DNA from: Mobula hypostoma
Taxonomy: Eukaryota
Length of the DNA: 64,000 nt
Assembly: GCF_963921235.1 (NCBI RefSeq)
Contig: NC_086108.1
Span: 16,554,001 to 16,618,000 of the forward strand
Direction of reading: 5' to 3'
The notes under the pieces: generated by a model
The model's input: the letters and a program-made list of their open reading frames with translations, nothing else
The model's database searches: none
Told to the model about the DNA's origin: nothing
Program-made: the position numbers and the translations under genes
Part shown: one piece after another, positions 38,741 to 50,599 of the stretch
How positions within the stretch are numbered: the first letter of the stretch is position 1
Layout: each line of letters starts with the position of its first letter

Positions 38741-39389
38741 GATATATTGGCGAGACCTGACGCAGACTGGGAGACCGCTTTGCTGAACACCTATGCTCTG
38801 TCCGCCAGAGAAAGCAGGATCTCCCAGTGGCCACACATTTTAATTCCACATCCCATTCCCATTCTGACATGTCTATCCACGGCCTCCTCTACTGTAAAGA
38901 TGAAGCCACACTCAGGTTGGAGGAACAACATCTTATATTCCGTCTGGGTAGCCTCCAACCTGATGGCATGAACATCGACATCTCTAACTTCCGCTAATGC
39001 CCCACCTCCCCCTCGTACCCCATCCGTTATTTATTTTTATACACACATTCTTTCTCTCACTCTCCTTTTTCTCCCTCTTTCCCTCTGACTATACCCCTTG
39101 CCCATCCTCTGGGTTCCCCCCACCCTTGTCTTTCTCCCTGGACCTCCTGTCCCATGATCCTCTCATATCCCCTTTGCCAATCACCTGTCCAGCTCTTGGC
39201 TCCATCCCTCCCCCTCCTGTCTTCTCCTATCATTTTGGATCTCCCCCTCCCCCTCTCACTTTCAAATCTCTTACTAACTCTTTCTTCAGTTAGTCCTGAC
39301 GAAGGGTCTCGGCCTGAAACGTCGACTGTACCTCTTCCTAGAGATGCTGCCTGGCCTGCTGCGTTCACCAGCAACTTTGATGTGTGTTG
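38741..39389 (+). mobile_element. Penelope-like element 3' end with hammerhead, within older opposite-strand Penelope sequence (38270-39860)
   Basis: YIGET.RRLGDRFAEHL GIY-YIG segment; hammerhead at 39291-39328. Confidence 0.85.
39291..39328 (+). ncRNA. Minimal type I hammerhead ribozyme
   Basis: tagtc-CTGACGA-agggtctcggcct-GAAA-cg-TC-gactg; the first stem II pair is G-U. Confidence 0.7.
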
Positions 39390-39867
39390 CTGGAATATGA
39401 AGTGTTGCTTTTCCAAACTGAGAGTCGCCTCATCATGGCAATAGAGAAGGCCATGGACCAACATGTTGGAATGGGAATAGGGAATGGAATTAAAATGGGA
39501 GTGCATCAGGAAATTCTGTCTGCTGCAGACAGAGTGAAGGTGCTTGACAAAGTGATCCCCCAGTCTATGTCAGGTTTCAATAATGTCGAGGAGACCACAC
39601 CAAGAGCACTGCATACATTAGATGATCTTGAATGACTCACAGGTGAAATGTTGCTTCAACTGGAAGGGCTGTTTGGGGCCCAGAATGGTGCTGAGGAGGG
39701 AGATGAATGAGCAGGTATAGAATTTGTTCTGCTTTCAGGGATAATTACCAGAAAGGAGTACAGTGGAGAGGGATGAATGGAGGGAATGATCCCTGTAGAA
39801 AGCAGAGAGTTGGCGGGGGGAGGGGGCAGGGAGAGAAGGTAAAATTGTGTTTTGGAGAATGATGTCA

Positions 39868-41621
39868 CATAGAAACCATAGAAACTACAGCACAGAAACA
39901 GGCCTTTTGGCCCTTCTTGGCTGTGCCGAACCATTTTCTGCCTAGTCCCACTGACCTGCACACGGACCATATCCCTTCATACACCTCCCATCCATGTATC
40001 TGTCCAATTTATTCTTAAATGTTAAAAAAGAACCCGCATTTACCACCTTGTCTGGCAGCTCATTCCATGCTCCCACCACTCTCTGTGTGAAGAAGCCCCT
40101 CCCCAATGTTCCCTTTAAACTTTTCCCCCCTCACCCTTAACCCATGTCCTCTGTTTTTTTTCTCCCCTTGCCTCAGTGGAAAAAGCCTGCTTGCATTCAC
40201 TCTATCTATACCCATCATAATTTTATATACCTCTATCAAATCTCCCCTCATTCTTCTACGCTCCAGAGAATAAAGTCCTAACTTATTTCACCTTTCTCTG
40301 TAACTGAGTTTTTCAAGCCCCGGCAACATCCTTGTAAACCTTCTCTGCACTCTTTCAACCTTATTTATATCCTTCCTGTAATTTGGTGACCAAAACTGAA
40401 CACAATACTCCAGATTTGGCCTCACCAATGCCTTATACAACCTCATCATAACATTCCAGCTCTTATACTCAGTACTTTGATTAATAAAGGCCAATGTACC
40501 AAAAGCTCTCTTTACAACCCTATCTACCTGTGACGCTACTTTTAGGGAGTTTTTTATCTGTATTCCCAGATCCCTCTGTTCCACTGCACTCCTCAGTGCC
40601 TTACCATTAACTCTGTATGTTCTACCTTGGTTTGTCCTTCCAACGTGCAATACCTCACACTTGACTGTATTAAACTCCATCTGCCATTTTTCAGCCCATT
40701 TTTCCAGCTGGTCCAAGTCCCTCTGCAGGCTCTGAAAACCTTCCTCACTGTCTACTACACCTCCAATCTTTGTAACATCAGCAAACTTGCTGATCCAATT
40801 TACCACATTATCATCCAGATCATTGATATAGATGACAAATAACAATGGACCCAGCACTGATCCCTGAGGCACACCACTAGTCACAGGCCTCCACTCGGAG
40901 AAGCAATTCTCTACTACCACTCTTTGGCTTCTTCCATTGAGCCAATGTCTAATCCAATTTACCACCTCTCCATGTACACCTAGCGACTGAATTTTCCTAA
41001 CTAACCTCCCATGCGGGACCTTGTCAAAGGCCTTACTGAAGTCCATGAAGACAATATCCACTGCCTTCCCTTCATCCACTTTCCTGGTAACCTCCTCGAA
41101 AAACTGCAATAGATTGGTCAAACATGACCTACCACACACAAAGCCATGTTGACTCTCTCTAATAAGTCCCTGTCTATCCAAACACTTGTAGATTCTGTCT
41201 CTTAGTACTCCCCCCAATAACTTACCTACTACCAACGTTAAACTTACTGGCCTATAATTTCCCGGATTACTTTTCGATCCTTTTTTAAACAACGGTACAA
41301 CATGAGCCACTCTCCAATCCTCCGGCACCTCACCTGTAGACAGTGACATTTTAAATATTTCTGCCAGGGCCCCTGCAATTTCAACACTAGTCTCCTTCAA
41401 GGTCCGAGGGAACACCCTGTCAGGTCCCGGAGATTTATCCACTTTAATTTTCCTCAAGACAGCAAGGACCTCCTCCTTTTCGATCTGTACAGTTTCCATG
41501 ATCTCACTACTTGTTTCCCTTAATTCCATAGACTTCATGCCAGTTTCCTTAGTAAATACAGATGCAAAAAACCTATTTAAGATCTCGCCCATTTCCTTTG
41601 GTTCCGCACATAGCCAACCAC
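39868..41621 (-). mobile_element. Young 5'-truncated CR1 LINE, same family as 91-1692
   Basis: 445-aa RT ORF nearly identical to ORF 165-1715; same 3' tail. Confidence 0.95.
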
Positions 41622-41651
41622 TCATATGTGAAAGTTCGTGGGGTGGTATGT

Positions 41652-42180
41652 ATTATAAATAAGCCTGTGAAACAGTGATAACTGCTTTGGTGCTGAGCTT
41701 GTTAATTTCATCAACTTTGCCTCCAACTTCCACCCTGCCAAGAAGAACTCTATTCCTTTTATGGCAGCAGGGGGATAGAGTGAGTGTGGATCTCCAGAAA
41801 ATAGATACGAGGGTAGAATCAATGGTAGAGGAAGAGAAACTCCATTCTTTGAACAAGAAAGACACCTCAGGAGTTCTGGAATGGAAAATCTCATCCCAAT
41901 CACAGATGCCACATAGAGGAAGAAATGAGAAAAGCACTTTTACAAGTGACAGGATGGGAAGTAGCTGTCCAGAGAGCTGTGACAGTCAGTAGGTTTATAA
42001 AAGATACCAATAGACAGTCTGTCATCAGAGATGATGATAGAGATATTGAAAAAGAGGAGAGAGGTACTAGAGATGGATGAAGTGAATTTAAGGGCAGGGT
42101 GGAAGTTGGAGGCAAAGTTGATGAAATTAACAAGCTCAGCACCAAAGCAGTTATCACTGTTTCACAGGCTTATTTATAAT
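41652..42180. repeat. 88-bp perfect inverted repeat around a Penelope RT fragment
   Basis: 41652-41739 is the reverse complement of 42093-42180. Confidence 0.9.
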
Positions 42181-42242
42181 TTTATAAAGCTAGACTAACC
42201 AATTTCTCTTTATACCTACCACCCTCCATTCCAGGCAGCATT

Positions 42243-42800
42243 CATAGAAACACAGAAACATAGAAAACCTACAGCACAATACAGGCCCTTCGGCCCACAG
42301 AGTTGTGCCAAACATGGCCCTACCTTAGAAATTACAAGGCTTACCTCTAGCCCTCTATTTTACTGAGCTCCATGCACCAATCTAAAAGTCTCTTAAAAGA
42401 CCCTATCATATCCGCCTCCACCACCGTTGCCGGCAGCCCATTCCACACACTCACCACTCTCTGAGTAAAAAACTTACCCTTGACATCTCCTCTGTACCTA
42501 CTCCCCAGCACCTTAAACCTGTGTCCTCTTGTGGCAACCATTTCAGCCCTGGGAAAAAGCCTCTGACTAACCATAGTCATAGTCATACTTTATTAATCCT
42601 GGGGGAAATTGATCCACACGATCAATGCCTCTCATCATCTTATACACCTCTATCAGGTCACCTCTCATCCTCCATCACTCCAAGGAGAAAAGGCCAAGTT
42701 CACTCAACCTATTCTCATAAGGCATACTCCCCAATCCAGGCAACATCGTTGTAAATCTCCTCTGACCCTTTCTATGGCTCCACATCCTTCCTGTAGTGAG
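42243..42800 (-). mobile_element. Short CR1 3' end
   Basis: TRGHRFKVLG..RGDVKGKFFTQRVV; catagaaa tail. Confidence 0.85.
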
Positions 42801-42825
42801 GCGACCACATCCTTCCTGTAGTGAG

Positions 42826-43660
42826 GGCAGATGTGTGTGAAATGGAAGAGATGCTGTTAAAGGCAGCGTTGATGTTGGAGGAAGGGAAGCCCATTTCCTT
42901 GAAAGAGGAGGACATCTCCTTTGTTTTGGAATGAAAAGCCTCATCCTGAGAGCGGATGTGGTGGAGGCAGAGGATATTGAGAGAAGGGAATGGCATTTTC
43001 ACAAGTAACAGGGTGGGAAGAGGTACAGTCCAGGTAGCAGTGAGAATCTGTGGGTTCATAATAGACATTAGTAGATAAGCTGTCTCCAGCGATAGAGACA
43101 GAGACATTGAGAAAGGGGAGGGAGGTGTCAGAAATGGACCAGGTAAATTTGAGGGCAGGGTGGAAGTTGGAAGCAAAGTTGATGAAATTGACGAGCTCAG
43201 CATGGGTACAGGAAGCAGCACCAATGCAGTCGTCGATGCCCCTACACCTTCTCCCTCACAACCATTCAGGACCCCAAACAGTCCTCCAGGAGAGGTGACT
43301 CTTCACCTATGAGCCTGTCAGGGTCATATACTGTGTCCGGTGCTCCCAGTGTGGCCTCCTATGTATCAATAAGATCCGATGTAGGTTGGGAGACCGCTTT
43401 GCTGAGCACTTAAGCTTTATCCGCCAGAAGAAGTAGGATCAAGCTTTATCCGCCAGAAGAAGTAGTGGCCACCCATTTTAATGTCTAACCATGGCCTCCT
43501 CTACTGTTGCAATGAAGCCACACTTAGGTTGCAGGAACAACACTTTATACTCCAGCTGGGTAGCTTCCAACTTGATGGTATGGACATCGACTTCTCAAAC
43601 TTCTGGTAATGCACCCTCCTCCACCATTCCTTATCCCCTTTTCCCTCTCTCACCTGTCGA
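42826..43660. mobile_element. Rearranged Penelope-like fragments (RT piece minus, GIY-YIG piece plus)
   Basis: Similar to the other Penelope copies; strand switch near 43240; local 22-25 bp tandem duplications. Confidence 0.7.
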
Positions 43661-44121
43661 CTACAGTTGGGAATATTTGTATTTTGCATAGTAAAGAAAT
43701 CTAAAAAAACTGCTAATAGAAATGATCATGGTCACGAAACTATTGAATTATCATGAAAACTGTTTAATTTACTGATTCTTTCAGGGAAATGAATATCTTA
43801 GGGAAGAATATATGCTATTGTTGTCAACCTGACTCGCATGTGATTTCAGCTTCACGATTTGTTTAACTGCAAACTGCTTTTGAAATGGCTGGAGCAGTTA
43901 CTCAATTAAGAACATTAAGGAGATGGGTTGAGCTGTCACTGATCTTGGCAATTTACTTGCAAATGTTTTGTCACCATGTGAGGAGGCATTGTCAGTGCAC
44001 TGTTGATGTCAAGTAAGTTGCCAAGATCAGAGTACAACTCAACTCAACCCAACCCAACCATTAACCACCCGAGTTACACATCTTCAAAATTATTTCCAAC
44101 AGTTAGAAATGAATAATAATT

Positions 44122-47100
44122 AGAAACATAGAAAATAGGCGCAGGAGTAGGCCATTCGGCCCTTCGAGCCGGCACCGCCATTCAGCATGATCATGGCTGA
44201 TTATCCAACTCAGGACCCTGTACCAGCCTTCCCTCCATACCCTCTGATCTCTTTAGCCACAAGGGCCATATCTAACTCCCTCTTAAATATAGCCAATGAA
44301 ATGGCCTCAACTGTTTCCTGCGGCAGAGAATTCCACAGATTCACCACTCTCTGTGTGAAGAAGTTTTTCCTCATCTCGGTCCTAAAAGGCTTCCCCTTTA
44401 TCCTCAAACTGTGACCCCTTGTTCTGGACTTCCCCAACATCAGGAACAATCTTCCTGCATCTAGCCTGTCTAATCCCTTTAGGATTTTATACGTTTCAAT
44501 AAGATCCCCCCTCAATCTTCTAAATTCCAATGAGTATAAGCCTAGTCGATCCAGTCTTTCATCATATGAAAGTCCTGCCATCCCAGGAATCAATCTGGTG
44601 AACCTTCTTTGTACTCCCTCTATGGCAAGAATGTCTTTCCTCAGATTAGGGGACCAAAACTGCACACAATACTCCAGGTGTGGTCTCACCAAGGCCTTGT
44701 ACAACTGCAGTAGTACTTCTCTGCTCCTGTACTCGAATCCTCTTGCTATGGATGCTAGCATATCATTCGCCTTTTTCACCGCCTGCTGTACCTGCATGCC
44801 TACTTTCTTTCTTTCTTTTTCAATCTTTTTATTAATTTCGAAGTATAGAAACAAAACATAGCAATAATACAAATAGTAGGAGAAATATTGTTACACTTAG
44901 GAAAAGTAATTGTAAAATTAAATAGTGAAAGTTAACAAAGCTCCCAATCATGTAGAACTGACAACGGATAATACAAATCAAAAAAAAACTGAAAAAAAAA
45001 ATCATGGAAAAGAAAAAACAAAACCAAAAAAAAACAAACCCCATCCCCAAAGAAAAACAGAATTAACCAACTAAACTAAAAGACTTGGGCAAAACTAACA
45101 ACATAAAAATGGAAAAGAAGAAAACCTCAGCGTCGACGACTCCATTCCCCTCCAACAACAGTACAGAGAGATAAAACAAGTTTGGAAATGATCAAATTAC
45201 ATCAAGTGAAAATGCTGAATGAATGGCCTCCAAGTTTTTTCAAACTTAATGGAAGGGTCATAAACTGCACTTCTAATTTTCTCCAAATTCAAACACAACA
45301 TAGTTTGTGAAAACCAATGAAATACCTTAGGAGGGTTAATCTCTTTCCAATTCAACAAAATGGACCTTCTAGCCATTAAAGTAAGAAATGCAATCATCCT
45401 TCGTGATGAAGAGGTTAAATTATTTAAGTCTATCATTGGTAGTCCAAAGATAGCAGTAATTGGATGACGTTGTAAGTCTATGTTTAGGACCGTTGAAATA
45501 ATATCAAAAATATCTTTCCAATATTTCTCCAACAAGGGACATGACCAAAACATGTGGGTTAAAGAAGCTATCTCAGAATGGCATCTGTCACATATTGGAT
45601 TAATATAAGAGTAATAACGAGATAGTTTATCTTTGGACATATGAGCCCTGTGCACTACTTTAAACTGTATCAACCTATGTTTAGCACATACCGAGGATGA
45701 ATTCACCAACTGAAGAATTTTTTCCCATTTTTCAGTCGGTATATTAATCTCAAGTTCTCTTTCCCAGTCAGCTTTAACTTTATTAGAAGCATCAGGACAT
45801 AAATTCATAATTATATTATATATAATTGCTACTACACTTTTCTGAGAGAGATTTAAATCTAAGATTTTTTCCAAAATGTCCATTGGATATGGGTGTGGAA
45901 AATTAGGGGAAACAGTAATTAAAAAGTTTCTAATCTGTAAATATCTCATGCCCACTTTCAATGACTGGTGTATAATGACACCCAGGTCTCGTTGCACCTC
46001 CCCTTTTCCTAATCGGCCACCATTCAGATAATAATCTGTTTTCCTGTTCTTGCCACCAAAGTGGATAACCTCACATTTATCCACATTAAATTGCATCTGC
46101 CATGAATTTGCCCACTCACCTAACCTATCAAAGTCACCCTGCATCCTCCTCACAGCTAACACTGCCGCCCAGCTTTATGTCATCCACAAACTTGGAGATG
46201 CTGCATTTAATTCCCTCACATAAGTCATTAATATATATTGTAAACAACTGGGGTCCCAGCACTGAGCCTTGCGGTACCCCACTAGTCACTGCCTGCCATT
46301 CTGAAAAGGTCCTGTTTATTCCCACTCTTTGCTTCCTGTCTGCCAACCAATTCTCTATCCCCATCAATACCTTACCCCCAATACCGTGTGCTTTAAGTTT
46401 GCACACTATCTCCTGTGTGGGAACTTGTCAAAAGCCTTTTGAAAATCCAAATATACCACATCCACTGGTTCTCCCCTATCCACTCTACTAGTTACATCCT
46501 CAAAAAATTCTATGAGATTCGTCAGACATGATTTTCCTTTCACAAATCCATGCTGACTTTGTCCAATGATTTCACCGCTTTCCCAATGTGATGTTATCAC
46601 ATCTCTGATAACTGACTCTAGCATTTTCCCCACCACCGATGTTAGGCTAACCGGTCTATAATTCCCTGGTTTCTCTCTCCTTCCTTTTTTAAAAAGCGGG
46701 GTTACATTAGCCACCCTCCAATCCTCAGGAACTAGTCCAGAATCTAAAGAGTTTTGAAAAATTATCACTAATGCACCCACTATTTCTTGGGCTACTTCCT
46801 TAAGCACTCTGGGATGCAGACCATCTGGCCCTGGGGATTTATCTGCCTTTAATCCCTTCAATTTACCTAACACCACTTCCCTACTAACATGTATTTCCCT
46901 CAGTTCCTCCATCTCACTAGACCCTCTGTCCCCTACTATTTCCAGAAGATTATTTATGTCCTCCTTAGTGAAGACAGAACCAAAGTAGTTATTCAATTGG
47001 TCTGCCATGTCCTTGTTCCCCATAATCAATTCACCTGTTTCTGTCTGTAGGGGACCTACATTTGTCTTAACCAATCTTTTTCTTTTCACATATCTATAAA

Positions 47101-48038
47101 AGCTTTTACAGTCAGTTATTATGTTCCCTGTCAGTTTTCTCTCATAATCTTTTTTCCCTTTCCTAATTAAGCCCTTTGTCCTCCTCTGCTGGACTCTAGC
47201 ATTTTCCCCACTGGGAATTTCTCCCAGTCCTCAGGTGAGCCGCTTTTTCTAGCTAATTTGTATGCTTCTTCTTTGGAATTGATACTATCCCTAATTTCCC
47301 TTGTCAGCAATGGGTGCACTACCTTCCCTGATTTATTCTTTTGCCAAACTGGGATGAACAATTGTTGTAGTTCATCCATGCGACCTTTAAATACTTGCCA
47401 TTGCATATCCACTGTCAACCCTTTAAGTGTCATTTGTCAGTCTATCTTAGCTAATTCACGTCTCATACCTTCAAAGTTACCCTTCTTTAAGTTCAGAACC
47501 TTTGTTTCTGAATTAACTATGTCACTCTCCATCTTAATAAAGAATTCCACCATATTATGGTCACTCTTACCCAAGGGGCCTCTCACAACAAGATTGCTAA
47601 TTAACCCTTTCTCATTGCTCAATACCCAGTCTAGAATAGCCTGCTCTCTAGTTGGTTCCTCGACATGTTGGTTCAAAAAACCATCCCACATACATTCCAA
47701 GAAATCCTCTTCCTCAGCACCCTTACCAATTTGGTTCACACAATCTATATGTAGATTGAAGTCACCCATTATAACTGCTGTTCCTTTATTGCACGCATTT
47801 CTAATTTCCTGTTTAATGCCATCCCCAACCTCACTACTACTGTTAGGTGGCCTGTACACAACTCCCACCAGCGTTTTCTGCCCCTTAGTGTTATGCAGCT
47901 CTACCCATATCGATTCCATATCCTCCCAGCTAATGTCCTTCCTTTCTATTGCGTTAATCTCCTCTCTAACCAGCAATGCTACCCCACTTCCTTTTCTTTC
48001 ATGTCTATCCCTCCTGAATATTGAATATCCCTGAATGT
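44122..48038 (-). mobile_element. CR1 LINE (partial AP endonuclease plus RT, frameshifted), interrupted by L1
   Basis: ORFs 47437-48054 (GVVYRPP, MGDFN, SDH), 46406-47089, 46134-46406 and 44210-44872. Confidence 0.93.
44808..45946 (-). mobile_element. 5'-truncated L1/Tx1-clade LINE (CCHC C-terminus, 3' UTR, A-rich tail)
   Basis: QFKVVHR, CDRC...HMFWSC, W.PF motifs; AATAAA plus (GAAA)n tail; 13-bp TSD catgcctactttc/catgcccactttc. Confidence 0.9.
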
Positions 48039-48162
48039 TGGTTGGTTTTACCAACAGAACCCACAGATCATGAAAATCTTAATGAAAAGCCACAAAAAAA
48101 GTAATACTTCATGAAGAATTCACATTACCCAATAAGGTGATGGGAAATGAACAATACACCTC

Positions 48163-48967
48163 TGTGACGGGATCCTGAATTATCTCTTATGAACTGTGCT
48201 TTTAAAAAGAGAGAAAGAGAGCTGTACAGCACAAACACCTTGTTATTAAGAGGGAGGGAGAGAAAGAGTGAGAGAGAGGCAAAGACTGCTCACAGTTTGT
48301 TTGGAATTTCTGCAAGGACACTGCCAGCTTCTGAATTCCTACAGAGAGAGAAGGGAGGAGCTACTTGATGAACGGCTACGGCTGGTGTTCAGCATGGTGA
48401 GATAAATAGAAGGTCAGCTGGTAGACAGACAGACACATGATTTTGGACACTGGATGAGCTTTGTTGTGCCCACAAAAAAGTGTTTTTTTTTAGATGATTG
48501 ATCGGGAGAATCGATCAGTGGCTCTCGCAGTGTGGAAAAGGTGTGACAGGTGGGAAATTATTAGTATGTCCAACACTCGCCTGGGTTGATAACTCCACCA
48601 CAGAAAACGGTCCCTTTGTTATGGTCAGATTCGGTGACTTCTAAAGGACTTCAGAGAACAATGGGACAAATCGATGGCATCGGCTTACTTGAACAACAAC
48701 AACACCTCTCTCTCTCCATCACTACTCAACTCAATACCACGAACTGAACTGAACTTTACTCAGCATCATAAGACATTTACCCTTAGGCTTGAAGAATATT
48801 TCCACACACACACACACATATATATGTAAAATCACCACTAACCTGTTTAATTTATCTGAATTATATTACTGTATTGTGTAATTACTAATAAAATAGCATT
48901 AGCTAATAGCAATACCAGACTCCAAGATGTCTTCCATTTCTGCTGGTTCTTTAACCTGTACGTGACA
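48163..48967 (+). mobile_element. Solo LTR (family B)
   Basis: TG...CA ends; perfect TSD cctc; AATAAA near the 3' end; shares (GAACT)n and ccagactccaa...ccatttctgctgg with 62378-63353. Confidence 0.88.
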
Positions 48968-50379
48968 CCTCAGCTTTGTTAATTTAAAATAACTTTGGAA
49001 AACCACTTAAAGATGCCCAGTAGAGGGCAGCCTGAAGCAAGCCACAAGCAACAGACTTAACATTTTATTTTTTTCTCTCTACTTGAATATGCAGTTGATG
49101 AAGGCAGTCTGCCAACCTGCTCACAACTGAAGTCTAACAACTTATAGAAAGATTAAAAGCATTTCTGTTTTGAAGAATCATAGTAGGACTTAAATTTTAA
49201 AGAAAAAATGTAAACAACCGTCCAAAATGTAAACAAATCATTGGTGTTTGGTTAGGAAAAGATGCAGCTTTGCTTCGAGTTTACCTATTCATTTTTGGGG
49301 GATTTGGGGAAGGCAAGCATTTTCTGCCATTGCTCGTTGCCCTTGAGGAGCTATCTTTGCAAGTCACTGCAGTCCCAATGCATCATGCTTGATATGGCAA
49401 CTGCCCTGTACGTCTACTAGAAAATGTACATCACAAGATACAGCCTCCTCTCCCTGGTCTCTGTCCGCACTTCTCACTGCCTCTGTAAAATGGTTATAAT
49501 AATCAAGGACTCCGCCTACCTCAGACAGTTTCACTTCTCCCTCCCAACAGGCAACTCAAGACAGCTTCTATCTCCTATTATCAGACTATTGAATGGACCT
49601 CTTGTTTGATAAGATGGACTCTTATACCTTATTGCCTTTCTCTGTAATTCTAACAGTAATTTCTGATTTCTACTACCCTTGAACGTCAATGTGGCTAGCA
49701 TGCAAAAGTAAGGTTTTCACTGTACGTGTGATAATAATAAACACCAGTCCTTTTGGTGAAGTTGTTCCTGCACTTCGATTGGAGAGAGTTCGAAGATTTA
49801 ACAGCAACAAGAAAAGAAACAGTAATATAATTACAAGGGAAACCTGCAGATGGTGGTATTATTTCCACAACTGTTACCTATGCTTCTCCTGGTGTAGAGG
49901 TTTTGGGTCTGGGGAATGCTGCTAGACTATTCTGAACATTTTGTAGATGGTTATTATATAGAATGTAAACAAAATTTGAACATCTTGCTCAATACAACAG
50001 CAGAAGGCTCTTTAGCCTCTCAAACCCATTCCACCAATGAGCCAGATCATAGCTAACCTGGATCAGTCATTCTACAGCAAATAATCACCAATACAGCAGT
50101 AATATACAGTATCAACATTCCATCTGCAGTTTTTTAGCACTGGAATGTACATGATGGACATTATAACCATGATCAAAGCAAACAGATGGTACTACAACAA
50201 GACAAGTGGCAGTACTTATCTAAAACATGCATGCACACATGTCTACCCAAGGATACTGGCTAGCATTTCTGATCAGAAACTAGTTTGCCCAAATTACCAC
50301 TCCTATACTCTACTTGGGACCTAAAACTAACTTGTTTCTTCACCTTCCCATCCCAACTTGAAATGTTAATTCTGCTTCT

Positions 50380-50562
50380 TTTTTTCCACAGATGCTGCCT
50401 AACCCATTGAATGCTGCTGATAGATTTTCCACAGCTACTGCCTGACATGTTGAATGCTGCTGATAAATTTTCCATAGATGCTGCCTGATCCACTGAATGC
50501 TGCAAATAGATTTTCCACAGATGCCGCCTGACATGTTGAATGCAACTGATAGATTTTCCATT
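50380..50562. repeat. Minisatellite, ~38-39 bp unit, 4-5 copies
   Basis: Repeated ttttccacagatgctgcctgac...tgaatgctgctgataga; the unit resembles the Penelope terminal motif gatgctgcctgacc. Confidence 0.75.
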
Positions 50563-50599
50563 TCACAATTTTCCTGCAGGGATGTTGATAAGTCTGAAG

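Noticed and set aside
45197..46162. 321-aa ORF appearing to fuse CR1 RT to an L1 CCHC domain
   Set aside because: Chance in-frame junction of an L1 inserted in a CR1. The 13-bp TSD marks the boundary, and the CR1 is frameshifted upstream.
47258..48034. 258-aa plus-strand ORF
   Set aside because: Antisense shadow of the CR1 endonuclease region; no recognisable domain.
50380..50562. Regularly spaced repeats resembling a CRISPR array
   Set aside because: Tandem units without unique spacers, no cas genes, vertebrate context.
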